A stretch of 57,482 bases of DNA, counting the filler, from Diploschistes diacapsis (lineage: Eukaryota), in the NCBI GenBank assembly GCA_023645945.1. It is 4 parts of 4 records of this genome, joined end to end, with 100 filler letters (N's around TTAATTAATTAA, not from the genome) between each part and the next. Parts side by side here need not be neighbours in the genome. Positions count along the whole stretch, not along the records: positions 1 to 14,320 come from JALAIB010000610.1; positions 14,421 to 28,738 come from JALAIB010000611.1; 2 more parts are not named here. The stretch is one strand, 5' to 3'. A model generated the notes under the pieces. That model made no database searches. It saw only the letters and a list, made by a program, of their open reading frames with translations, and was not told the DNA's origin. Of the stretch, positions 13,072-24,099 are shown in pieces (the first letter of the stretch is position 1; each line of letters opens with the position of its first letter). The position numbers were made by a program, and so were the translations under genes.

Positions 13072-14055
13072 ATGTCGCTGCCCCTATGCGTTCTCGTGAC
13101 CTTAGCAACAGGCACCATCGGCCGCGCCCTCACCCACCACCTCCTCTCGCTCTCTTTCCGCGTCCGGTGCCTGACCCGTTTCCCTTCGTCGCCCACCGCA
13201 CGCGCACTCCAGTTGGCCGGTGCCACGCTAGTGCAGGGCGACCTCAACGACGCGGCATCGCTGACAACCGCGTGCGCCGGCGTCGAAGCGGTCTTTCTGA
13301 ACCTACTGCCGACGTTCGACGAGCCGATGCGCGAGGTCCAGCATGCACGCGCAGTGCTGGAAGCGGCTAGGAAAGCAGGCTCCGTGCGGGCCGTGGTGTA
13401 CGCCGGCGTCGTGTCGGGTGGAGGGCAGCAGCCGCACCCGGACCGCAAGGGGCGGAGCAATGCCGACGATGCTGGAATGAGCGCGATAATGGTGAGGATG
13501 CGACAGAAGGCGGAAGGAGACCTGCTGAGGGGCTACTTTGAGGCTAAGCAGGCGACGGAGATGGTGGTGAGGAAGGAGCTGGAATGGCTGGCTGGGCGCT
13601 GGACGGTGCTGCGCTTGTCATTTTTTATGAACAATTTCTTGCCTAGGAACTCGCGATACTACTTTCCAGAGCTAAGGGAAGGGGTTTTGAGAAGTGGATT
13701 GCCAGAGGGAGAAAAGATGATGCTCACGGCGCCCGACGATGTAGCAGCCGTGGTGGAAAGGGTATTGATGGATCCGGAGACGTGGGCTGGCCGGATCTTG
13801 AATGTGGGAAGCCAGGCGCTGGGGATGAGGGAGATCGGCCAGGAGTTGGGAGAGGCCGGGGAGAGTGATGTAAGGGTTGAGATGGTGGGAGCGGAGGAGG
13901 CCGCAGAAGAAATAAAACGCGGAAACGTGCAGCGGGACATACAGACGTGGAACTGTGGGATGCAGGATTGTTTCGATCCGGCTGTGTTGGCGAAGGAGAT
14001 GAGAATCGAGTTGACGCCCTTCAAGTATTTTCTGGCGAGACATTATAGTGCTTAG
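13072..14055 (+). CDS. NmrA-like / atypical SDR NAD(P)-binding protein, intronless, 327 aa
   Basis: VTLATGTIG, LVQGDLND..SL..A..GVEAVF, YFEAK, WTVLR.SFFMNN and DDVA motifs. Confidence 0.85.
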   Translation: MSLPLCVLVTLATGTIGRALTHHLLSLSFRVRCLTRFPSSPTARALQLAGATLVQGDLNDAASLTTACAGVEAVFLNLLPTFDEPMREVQHARAVLEAARKAGSVRAVVYAGVVSGGGQQPHPDRKGRSNADDAGMSAIMVRMRQKAEGDLLRGYFEAKQATEMVVRKELEWLAGRWTVLRLSFFMNNFLPRNSRYYFPELREGVLRSGLPEGEKMMLTAPDDVAAVVERVLMDPETWAGRILNVGSQALGMREIGQELGEAGESDVRVEMVGAEEAAEEIKRGNVQRDIQTWNCGMQDCFDPAVLAKEMRIELTPFKYFLARHYSA

Positions 14056-14149
14056 TGGGTTGGGGAAGGAAATGAGAGAACATGGGAGCGCGCAGCTTAG
14101 GCTACGTAATTAATATCATGTGTCTAGCGACACATGATGTCGCCCTCCA

Positions 14150-14320
14150 GGTTCCTAAGCGAAGCAGAAGTATTAAGTAAAAAATCTAGGCTTAAAAAAC
14201 TGGGTAGGTTTATTGGGGGTTGCACCCCCAAACCCCTGCTAATAGAATTTAGCTGAATATATAGAAATCTGAATAACTATAATAATTGTTTATTTTTTAA
14301 GATAAATTAAAAATATATAC
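14150..14320. other. AT-rich contig end with a GC hairpin, probable repeat relic
   Basis: A/T-dominated sequence, with an inverted repeat TTGGGGGT-TGC-ACCCCCAA near 14213-14231. Confidence 0.4.
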
Positions 14321-14420
14321 NNNNNNNNNNNNNNNNNNNNNNNNNNNNNNNNNNNNNNNNNNNNTTAATTAATTAANNNNNNNNNNNNNNNNNNNNNNNN
14401 NNNNNNNNNNNNNNNNNNNN
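14321..14420. other. Artificial contig-joining linker (N44-TTAATTAATTAA-N44)
   Basis: Exact 100-bp pattern with stops in all six frames; identical at three positions. Confidence 0.98.
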
Positions 14421-15024
14421 CCCCCGGGGATCCCTTTGTCCCTTCCCAGATGTGTGCGTGTATCGACAAAGCCCTTCCTTCCTCCTCTCGTCATCTTCGG
14501 CCCCGTACCAAATACAAACAGGGAATGAAGCGTCATAAGTCCTCCCCCCAAAAGACGAAAGCGAAAGGAAGAGAGGTGTAGAAAGTGCCTGCGCACGCTG
14601 ATCTAAAGGCCTGAACCCAGGGAGAACAGAATGGCGGGTCGCGAAGTCAAAGACCTCCTATGAGGGTATGAAGACAAAGTGAAATTGTGGTCAAGGATAA
14701 TGCTGGCTATACTGTCGGTTTTGTGGGACTGGTGAATCTCCAGGCGACTGGAGTTGTGTGCAAAAGCTGCTGGAAACGGTGTCCCTCGGGAGATAAGTTC
14801 TGGTCGTTGAAAGGCTTGGGTAGTAGTAATACATTTTTTCTTGCCTCTCGTGCGTGCTGTGTATCCTGGCAAATGGTAGGGTTTTCGAAGAAGCAGACGT
14901 AAGGTTTTTGAAAAGAGGTAGCGACGACTGGCGCTGGCGATACCCTGGAGCTGGCGTTTTGATCCAAACAAATGTGCTTATCGAGATTCTGGTGCACAGG
15001 ACTGATGCCGGCTTCTGGAGACGC

Positions 15025-16277
15025 TTAGTATCCCGCGTCGCCAGCACCGTTGTGAGCTTCGCCGGCATAGACCGGGCCATAGGGGTTGGCTGATTGTTCT
15101 GGATTCCCCAGCTGTGCCGCTAGGAGACCGTTGTCGCCGGTATCGCCTTGCTGATATGAGCCTCCCGCTGCATTGCTCGGAGCAGACACGCTGGAGACGG
15201 CGGGTGCGTTGCTGGATCCCCCATAGCCACTGTTTGGACGTTGTGGGTTGTCACCGCGAGCTGACTGTGCCTGGACCTGCCGTCAATAAGAAAGTGTTTC
15301 TAAGAACTGGGGTAAAAGGCCACCAAATAGGCACGGTGCAGAGCTGCGTAAAAGTGGATGCAGATGCTGCAACGGCCATAACAATGACACGTACCTCACG
15401 ATATTTGGTGAGATATATCTTCAGAGCTTCTGCATAATTCTCGAAACCCAGCGAGGTCATGGCAAAGAGAATGTCTTCGCCATTCACCGTCTTTCTTTTT
15501 TCTTGTTGACATTTCTCCGAGGCTATCGCACGATCCGCCAATCAGTATGCAGGTATCAAAAGCAGCAGGACGTCGGCAAGTTTGCACGCACCTTCGCTAG
15601 TGATGAATGAGATGAACTCGCTGACGCACTCTTGCATGCATTCTTTGGCCTCTTTGGCGATCTTCGCATTATCTGGTAGGGCTGATTTCATGATGCGCGC
15701 GACTGGAGCAAAGTTCCGAATGTTAGCATCTGACTGCACATAAGACTCGGAGGAGCTGCTCTTGGAGCCGCTACCCGAGTCGGGGACAGGCGGAGAATTG
15801 CGTGACATGGTGAATTCCAACGAATAAGGAGGAGCAAGAATAAAGATACTGGGCTCGCGCCTCAACAAAACGGTGAATAGGTCATGGCAGCAAGAGAAGA
15901 GTTAATCCTGCCAAGTCGAACGGCAGGTTGTGCAAAGTTGCACAGTCAACTCGCCCCGGATAGATTTGTGATTACAACGGCCCAAGGTAAACACCCTGCC
16001 TATACATTTCCTGTGCTTCCAACTCCGCATCTATGTTCCCAATATGACAGTGGGAAGATGTACAAAAAAGATGTAACTCAAAGATGGCGAAGGGGGGGAA
16101 ACATCTGGGTAACCAACCGTTCGCTATTGGTAGCCACCTGTCCTGTTCCTTGACATCGAATTCGTTGTAGGCGGCATCGCGTGCTCCTTCGGTATCGCCT
16201 CTTTCCATCTGCTCGGAATTTTCAGGATTTGAATCTCCCTGATCCACGTCTGCTTTTTCTGCTGGGGATGCCGACAT
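15025..16277 (-). CDS. hapC: CCAAT-binding complex subunit HapC/Hap3/NF-YB, 4 exons
   Basis: [76 protein letters not shown]. Introns at 16117-15703, 15591-15523 and 15394-~15277. Ends HNGAGDAGY*. Confidence 0.95.
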
Positions 16278-18944
16278 GATGTAGACGTATATAACCGTCT
16301 GCAGGTAAAGGCCAACTGCTCCTTCTCCGTCCAGTCAGCCAACAAACCCATGCTGCCCGATACTAGGCCGGATTTACCACGTCACAATTTGCTAGAGTTC
16401 TGCCCTAATAGTTTGGGAACCGCGGCGCTGGCGCAATGGCACTGCGTCACACAAAGCCTCGTACAGTCTCAACGAGGCAATGACTTCCCAGGTCAGATGG
16501 GTGGGCTGGCAATTAGACGAGGCGTACCGCCAGCCTGCCAGAATCCGACTGGTGCAGCGGTTGTGAGAGGGTTCAAGCCATAGACTCCAATGCACGAGCC
16601 GGATATGAGACGAAACCCAAGCACGTGCGGTCTAGGTTTATCACACGCCTGGATTTTGCTTGCTGATTTTCAAAACTCCGCTTCATTCGCGCGTGCCTAT
16701 GGAGCCGGCCAGTCTTCTTCTCTAATACGGCTTTCTTATTTCGGACAATTGGGTAGAGTGTAGGGAGCTTGCGAACCCGGAGGCTTGCGTATGGGCTTGA
16801 CTTGGATTGTGGAGGGTCGCAGAAGCTCGACAAGGGTAGGGCAATGGTTGGGCTGGAGCAAGGTTCGAGCTTACAAACTTGTGAAAATTGCGAATGGACC
16901 TGCGACTGGCGGTCAGAGAAAATTATTGCATCTGGCACGGAATGGGGGAGAGGTAGAGGTGGTAGAGGAGAGTAGCAGGAATGCCGGTGACTGACGCGGT
17001 GGTCAAGCTTAGGGATAGTCTCTTGTTTCTTGTTTCCTGAGGATAGGATCTGTGTGGGGGGCTCAAGCATGAATTGAATGCACACCGCAAACCCGACTTA
17101 GAGCTCTACAGGCGGGATGGATAGTATGATTAGGTTGAGGAGCTGCTGAATCGCACAGCTTGGGGTTGTTGTTGATGCAGCAGCGCCTACAGTTCCAGGT
17201 CCAGTCCCAGTACGTCTCCCACGCCAAAAAGCAGCGAGGCAAATGCGCCGGGAGAAGCTTTTTTTACATAGCGATCCGGCTGTTCTAGAAAACTCCCAAT
17301 TCGACTTTTCAATAACACAGCGTGCAATACCAGTGTTGGCGACAAGGCCTTTTTGTTTACTCTGGAGTCGGGACCTCTAGCTCTGTCTACAGCTTTATTG
17401 ACCTAAAGTATCTAATAGGTTGCGCTATTGGCCAGTTACGACACAGAGATAGGTTTAGTGGCTGGCATAGGCGCAGAAAAGGCCTTGGAAATTGGAAACT
17501 GACCAAAGAGAGTTGCAGGATGATAAAAAAGAGAAAATTGGGGAAGAGGATTTGGTTGGTCTTGTTTACTGAGTAAAGAAAGCCATCACCATTGATTCAC
17601 CAACAGCAAAATACTGGCGGCTCCTTGGCCCGCCCCCTCCCACTACTCCAGTTGCATATGCAAGAACGTAGTCGCTCAATCCATGTCGACAACTTCTCGC
17701 CTTTCAGGCCCAAAGCTCTTCTATCCGCCTTCTCTAGCCTCGTGTGGTCGTCGGCTTGTCAGCGGCGTCCACCATCAGGATCCCCCCACATGCCCGATCC
17801 ACGATTGCCTACTCCCTATTCTCTCTTTCAAAAGTCTGACGGCGCCAAGCGCAGTCGATGCAGTGGCTTTTTTTTTGAAATGGAACATACGAGCCTTAAA
17901 GTTTGCGCTTCTAGAAAAAGCTATGAGGGCTGCAATCGTGCCGTCAGGCACACCGTAAAGAGGACGATGCTTGGTTAAACCGCAGATTGGCAATGGCCTT
18001 CCAGTCTGTACAACTCATCTGTTTCATTATTCTCGTTCAGTTGGAAAGAAAAAAAAAGGGAGGTCGCGCGTGTGCCAGGAAGGAATATGCTGAGTGGTGT
18101 TAAACAAAACTGGGACTTTGCCTTGGAAAACTTGCGCATGAGCGCCCAAACTTCAAAGCTCCCTTCGCCAGAGCAGCTGCATCTCTTACTGAAGCTCGCG
18201 CGTGGGAAAGCCGTCATAGTAGATCAATGACTTTGCAATCCATCTCAACAAAAGTATGGCTGTGCGCCGATGGGTATGGTTTCTTCGGTCTTTCGATCAA
18301 GTTCTGCACCCATTTCACGTACAAGCGAACATGACGTCCAAAGTGTCCATTCAGGAAGCGGCATTGAAAAGCTACCTTGCTTCATCCGTCTCAAAGCTTC
18401 ATCCTATGAAAGACTTGCCCAGCGATCTGATCGGACCTAAACCCGTTAGGCTTCGATCTAGTCTGACCGTGCTAAACTGCCAGCGCATGCTAACCACACA
18501 TATTGTGGCTTCAATGCCAGTGTGCATAGTAAGGCTCCGAAGGCGCGTTTAGCCGCTTTTTAATACGACGCCAGCTTCACGAATACCGAAGGATTTTTGA
18601 TTGGAGTATGCCACTACAGCCTGAACAGCATCGACGGTGCAAGCCATTCTGAACCTCCAAGGACCAGCCAGCCGTGAAGGACAGCTCATCTATATTCCAT
18701 TGTCAGGCATGCGTGCATGCAAACAAAAATAATCTCATGAACTTCGTTTCATGCCTTCCGCTAATCCCCGCACTACCTAGCCGCATAGTCTGACGGGAGG
18801 AAAGGGTAGGTGATGCATGAGGATGTGCCTCCGATGCAAAAGGTGTAGGCAGCTGTTGCCTTCACCGCAGTGCAGTGGATTATTGTCGGGTTCCTTAGCC
18901 GGCCGCATGAGCCGTGGAACTTATGACGCCCCTTGGGTATCTGA

Positions 18945-19552
18945 TCACTGTTGCACGACTTGGATATGGTTCTTTTTCTGCAGCTCTGCCACATTAGCTA
19001 ATGCCCGAAATTATACACAACGCAGGTGGCCTAAGCATGCAGGATGACAAGATGAAGCGTAGACTTGCCTTCCACTTTTCCATGTCGTCTTGTTGCTTCT
19101 TGTACTGCTTCAGAAGCTCTTCTAGCACCTTCTTCAGCCCGTCAGAGTTCGTCTTCAGAACCGGTATGACATCCTTGACGGTTCTCTCCACCAAAACGCC
19201 ATTGATCATGCGAAAACACTTTCGATCTTCTGGTAGAGGATTGAGTGTTTCGAGAACAAGTCTGGTAGCAAAGAGCGGTAAGCAGAGCACTTTAGCGGTG
19301 AGATCCCGAATCTCTGGTACGGAAGGACACTTCCGATAGAGCAGTCGCAGATTTCTTGAAGCATCAAAGGCGTACTTGTGTTCTTCTGCCTCTTGTTCCA
19401 CGTCACCAACTTTCTGTGCGAGCTGTTGTAGATTGTTCTTGTAGGTAGAATACTGGAGCTGGAGCTCTGGAAAGCCGTTAGATTCTAGGAGGCATTGTAG
19501 GGTCAAGCGGTAAGTTACCTTGTTGCTTCTTGGCTGAAATTTGCTGTGACAT
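18945..19552 (-). CDS. GIM4: Prefoldin subunit 2 (Gim4), 4 exons, last intron GC-AG
   Basis: MSQQISAKKQQ|ELQLQYSTYKNNLQQLAQKVGDVEQEAEEHK|LVLETL..DRKCFRMINGVLVERTVKDVIPVL..MEKWK|KKNHIQVVQQ*. Confidence 0.92.
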
Positions 19553-19880
19553 TCTCTTGGGTGCAAGGATATTTATGCTTCTCAATCGAGCACTCAGCAG
19601 CACAATATAAAGAAGTCAATACATGTACTAGGTACCTAGTTAAGTTAGATCAACAAAGAAGCTGTCTTAGTCATCATGACATCATAATCCCGTGACATCG
19701 CGTAGTATAGGGCTAGCCCTAAGAGAGCTTATCAGCAGACCTCTACATTGTATATCATCATCACCCAAGCGTCGCACCGTGTCAGAGCAGCCTCACTTCG
19801 GAACTCTCACCCAGAAAGAGTTTTTTGCGTTGGTATATAAGGTCTATACCGGTATTCAAAAAACATTCAGAACCAGCAGT

Positions 19881-20218
19881 ATGCATTCACATCTACACAC
19901 TAAAACAAACAGAGGTACGTCTTGCCACCGTCAACCCCCCCCCCCCCTGCTATCTCAAAAACATATCATATTCCGAAGCTGCTAATATAAAACCTTCGTC
20001 TCCGATCAGGATGTGACGAAGTGATGCGCGCTCTCGAAGAATGCCACGCCCGTGGTTTTATGTGGAAACTGTTCGGCAACTGCAACGAAGCGAAGCGCCA
20101 GGTCAACCTCTGTTTGGCCGGCGCAAGAAGCGAACACACGGCAAAGAATCGAGAGCAGGCAAGGCAAGGCAGGGAGAAGGTGCAGAGGAAGTGGAATGAG
20201 ATTGATGCAGAAAGCTGA
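19881..20218 (+). CDS. CMC2: Twin Cx9C mitochondrial COX assembly protein (Cmc2-like), 2 exons
   Basis: MHSHLHTKTNR|GCDEVMRALEECHARGFMWKLFGNCNEAKRQVNLCL, with intron 19915-20009. Head-to-head with prefoldin 2. Confidence 0.85.
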
Positions 20219-20761
20219 TGATTGGCATGAAACGGCAGAGGTGCAAAAAGGCAACTATGGACACACGCCCGCGATTGTTGATGGATGAGTATAATTAAGC
20301 GACAAGCACGTCCGGGAGTGCTCCAGGTTCTTTGACTGCACAGTTGTCTCGAACGCTTCCCCAGTCATGGGGAGGGCTCACGGCATATGCTCTTGCAAAA
20401 GATCTGCTCAATGAGCAGAATCTGTGTTCTTGAGGTTGAGTGACTGCCTCACCGGATGGACAAACGGAGCCTAGCACTCGGAAGGCTCTTTCCTCATGAT
20501 AAATTGAAGTGGCTCCATTGTCGCTGCCAAGATTTGCCCTTGAATGTCTCTAAACAAGATCTAGTTTAGCATTCACTTTAGGCGAGAAGCTGATGGCGGG
20601 AAGTTTAGGAGTAAGATAAATGGATGAAGGTCAAGCAGGCTTGGAGGATAGAATAGGGGAAATCAAGAAATTTCACAGAGGTATACTGCGCTTTTAGGAA
20701 GCCGAAGATGAGTCAAGAGCAAGAGCATTCCTGCAAGGTGTATTCAAGGTGTAAATAATCA

Positions 20762-21902
20762 CTATCCACCATCTGCAATTGTTATGTCCGCTCTACTACT
20801 TTGCGCACCATCTACTTGAGCCTCTGCCGCTGTACCTTTGTGCTTTCTCTTCCTCTTCCGCTTGATCTCGCTTTGATCGTCGACTCCCATCCTCCTTGCC
20901 GCAACAGTATGCGTAGTTTCCATAGTCCCTTTCCCGCCACCCTCGTCTACCAAAACCTTCTCCATTTTCTTCTTCTTTACACTTAACGGATTCGGCCCTT
21001 TCAGCCCATATTCTTTTTTCCTCTTCTTCGCCTCTTTCTCCTCACCATCTTCCCTACGCTCATCATCCTGCCCTTCCTCCTCTTCTCTCTTCCTCTTCCC
21101 TCCCCTCTCCCCTTTGAGCACCTTGACACCACTTCTCAACTTCCCCTTTTCCACCCCTTCCTTAGCCCTCACGCTCGCCTCGGCCATGGGCTCCATGATC
21201 ATAACGCTCCTTTTGACATATAGCATTGGAACTCCGCTGACCTTTCTCCCCCATTGGCGCACGCTCTCGTCTTGCGCCGCTAGTACTAGCCGGTGCTTGT
21301 TTGTGCGCGAGGAATTTGGATCGATGACGGACTGGTAACATTCGAGGGTTGGGAGAGGGGAGGGTAGGGTATGGTGGTTGCAGCGTCGCAGCTCGAAGGT
21401 GCGGGACACAGACAGGAGGGCCGTTTTGTCGGTGGGCGTGACGGTAGGTTCGACTGCGGCAGGCGTGGCAGCCGAGGTAGAGTTGCTGGAGGAGGTGGCA
21501 GTGGGAAGGGCGAAGAGATGGCGGATCGAGCATTGAGTGATCACTGTGTGCGGGTAAGTATGCGGAAGTCCAGACGGGTTGGTTGAAGGGGGTTAGGTAC
21601 TCGGTTTGATTTGGCCGTGGAGGGTGCGGGTAAGGGAAGGGACGAGGTCCATTTTGAAGCGGTAGGTATCAAGCACCATCTGAGCGTCGACTGTAAATCC
21701 GGTTTCAGTGTTGTTTCTGGATAGGAAAGCCGTGATGCGCGGCAAAGCTATATTTACTCAAAACTTGATATGGCTCGCGGAAATTGAAAGGAGGAAGGCC
21801 ATATTGGTGCATAAGCTTGCGGTACCTTTTCTTCGATTAGCTTTTTCAACCTTTTGGGGATTTTCAAGAGGGGATGTACTGTTTCGATCGCTTCCCCCGC
21901 AT
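20762..21902 (-). CDS. UTP23: rRNA-processing protein Utp23 (PIN domain), 4 exons
   Basis: MRGKRSKQYRKLMHQY..FREPYQVLIDAQM..LHGQIKPMITQCSIRHL..ELRRCNH..C..NKH...AAQD..GVPMLYVKRSVMIMEPM..KGPNPLSVKKKK. Confidence 0.93.
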
Positions 21903-22127
21903 GATTTGGAAGGTTGAGCTTTGAGCAGGCCCAAGCTAATAAGGATGAGTTGGGTTTCAGAGCGAAAGAGATTAGTAAAAAACAGGCGTGGAATGCATTG
22001 GTTCTCTGCGTCTCATGGTAGGAAAACTTCTTGGTTCTCCCGCACTGAAAATACTGTCCGTTTTTAAAAAGAGATCTTGGCTGGGATGTGGCCTACAGAT
22101 AAAACTCCCAAAAATCCAAAAAAGTAA

Positions 22128-22201
22128 CTCCTCCACCTGGGCTCGAACCAGGGACCTTCCGATTAACAGTCGGATGTTATAGCCAACTAAACTATAGAGG
22201 A
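22128..22201 (-). tRNA. tRNA-Asn (GTT), intronless, 74 nt
   Basis: Cloverleaf with acceptor TCCTCTA/TGGAGGA+G, anticodon arm TCCGA-CTGTTAA-TCGGA and T arm CCTGG-TTCGAGC-CCAGG. A T6 Pol III terminator lies just downstream (22118-22123). Confidence 0.93.
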
Positions 22202-24099
22202 TGTAGGTTGCAAATGACTATATTCAATATAAACCTGATCCAATATCCATGTGGATACACCTTCATATGATGACTTTCTCTGTGCTATGATATTTTTATC
22301 GAGCCCACTACTGCTTATCGCCACAACTGAAAAGAGCCTGGCAAAGGCACCTTGCGCAGGTCAGTAGTAACGAAGGCTGTGCACCAAGAGTACTCCCACC
22401 GCCTGCTTCGCTCGAGAATCTCCTGATGTCCAACGGGAGCTGAAAGGGCTATCTATCACCTGCCCTGACGTGCCGAAGTAAACAACATTATCTGAGGAAC
22501 AAAAGCCTACGCAGCAGGGTTTCTGATGTCTTGAGGTGCCAAGTCACACAAAATTTTGCTATCAACCTCCAAACTTTTGACGCCCAAGTACATAGAGGCA
22601 CAGCAACCCCGACCGGACCTCATGGACTGACAGCCTCATGGACTGACAGCCCGAAAGAAAGCCCTGTGCATTTCCTATAAACCCCAGGTCTTTGATGGCC
22701 CGTCACAACTTGCGTAACCCCTCTAAAGCTACTCTATCCCTTCTGTGAGCCATCTTTCCCACCCCAGCACAGCATCTCTCCCATCTACCTGCACTAGATA
22801 AACAGAGTTGCGAAAGCGTCAGGGTAGACGAAGCATCTAAAAACGGAGACCTCAGGCCCGCTTAACGAGGGTAAAGTGGACTAAGGAGTGGCCAGTCTTG
22901 GCCTTCATAAACAGCATAAGAAGAGCGTGTTGTCGGGGCATCCTTAAAAACGCCGAAGTGGTCCGAAGATAAAGTGCCGCGCCACTTACTTCTATCGTAG
23001 TATCGACTGATGGAGAGTCGAATCTTACTTCCGCTAAACCTGATGGGCTATATATCAGCGATTCTCATCTGTTTTGCATGTGTCCCTCAGCAGGGTGCAA
23101 GCCCCTTGGACACACCCCAGACGAACCCCTTTCCAAGAGCCTTTGCTCGCGTTAAGTTGGCTCAGGAAGGATTCTAACTTTATTATCCTCAGGCTCTAGA
23201 ACTCAGTCCTTATCTCTCAATCATTGAAGTTCTCATTAAGAAATTACCTTCTTTCAATATTCCACCACTGGTCAACCAACTGTTGGTCACCGTCGAGAAG
23301 AACCCTTCAAGGCAGGACCTTCGAATAAACCTATAGCAAAACTCCCCAGTGTTCTGCTCCCAGTCTTAATAATATCGCACACGAGCGGCCGGAGGAATCT
23401 AGAGGTACAGCGCTGTACACTTTGTGTTGGGCAGACAGAATATTCGGGAGGTCTCGACTAGTTCTCCGTGCGTGTTGGCAATATAGCCCCTGGTACTTTG
23501 TCTGCAAAGCCTAAACAGCTTTATTTACCACCAGCTCATGTTTGGCAGGCATTCACCTATCTGATCCACTTCTAGGCAGTGGTGGAGTCTGGAAGACCAC
23601 CGAGGTCAAGATAGAGAAGATTTCGAGATATAGGGGTTCTCCCTACGAGCTTTGTACCGGTAGTAGTTCAAGGGAAAATGTTAAACTTGGACGAAAGCTT
23701 CCTGAGGCCTGCTCGAGTGGTGGCCTGTCAAAGCCATTTGTAGGCGCTGCGTTCCCCTCACAACTTATTGTCACTGTAGTTGCCGAACCCACTTGTTTAT
23801 AGTATCGATTCATCCGAGCCTTGTGCCTCGTATTACAGCATTCTCCGGAAAGGCCTCTCCGAGCGCCATTAGCTTACCTAGTTTTACGTTGATTGAGCAG
23901 TGTAGCAGTTAGGTGGTGCAAAGTTTTCGATAAATCCTTCTTTCCATACAGGTTTCGGGACGAAGAAAAGGAACAGGTAGTGAGCCGCAAAGAAAGCTTC
24001 CTCGGCCTTTTCCAATTGAAGCTGTTGGTTGTAGGCGATGCCAAAGAAATTGTAGATCTCACACCAGTTAGTAACGAGATCGAGCTAGGAAGTCCCTCT

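Noticed and set aside
15061..15125. Apparent frameshift in the last hapC exon
   Set aside because: Recounting the G run shows the frame is continuous to HNGAGDAGY*.
15703..16117. Intronic box C/D snoRNA explaining the long hapC intron
   Set aside because: No RTGATGA box C seen on the sense strand. H/ACA types were not excluded.
14056..16277. HapC as regulator of the adjacent biosynthetic cluster
   Set aside because: Separated by a linker, so on a different contig; HapC is also a global housekeeping factor.
16573..18552. ORFs of 170, 128 and 98 aa upstream of hapC
   Set aside because: No domain motifs or splice support; consistent with UTR or intergenic sequence.
22128..22201. Bacterial-looking tRNA-Asn (TCCTCT..GAGGAG) as a sign of HGT or contamination
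   Set aside because: No encoded CCA, has a Pol III T-run terminator, and sits beside intron-containing fungal genes.
22618..22649. 16-bp direct repeat CCTCATGGACTGACAG x2 as a CRISPR-like unit or target-site duplication
   Set aside because: Only two adjacent copies with no spacer; a simple tandem duplication.
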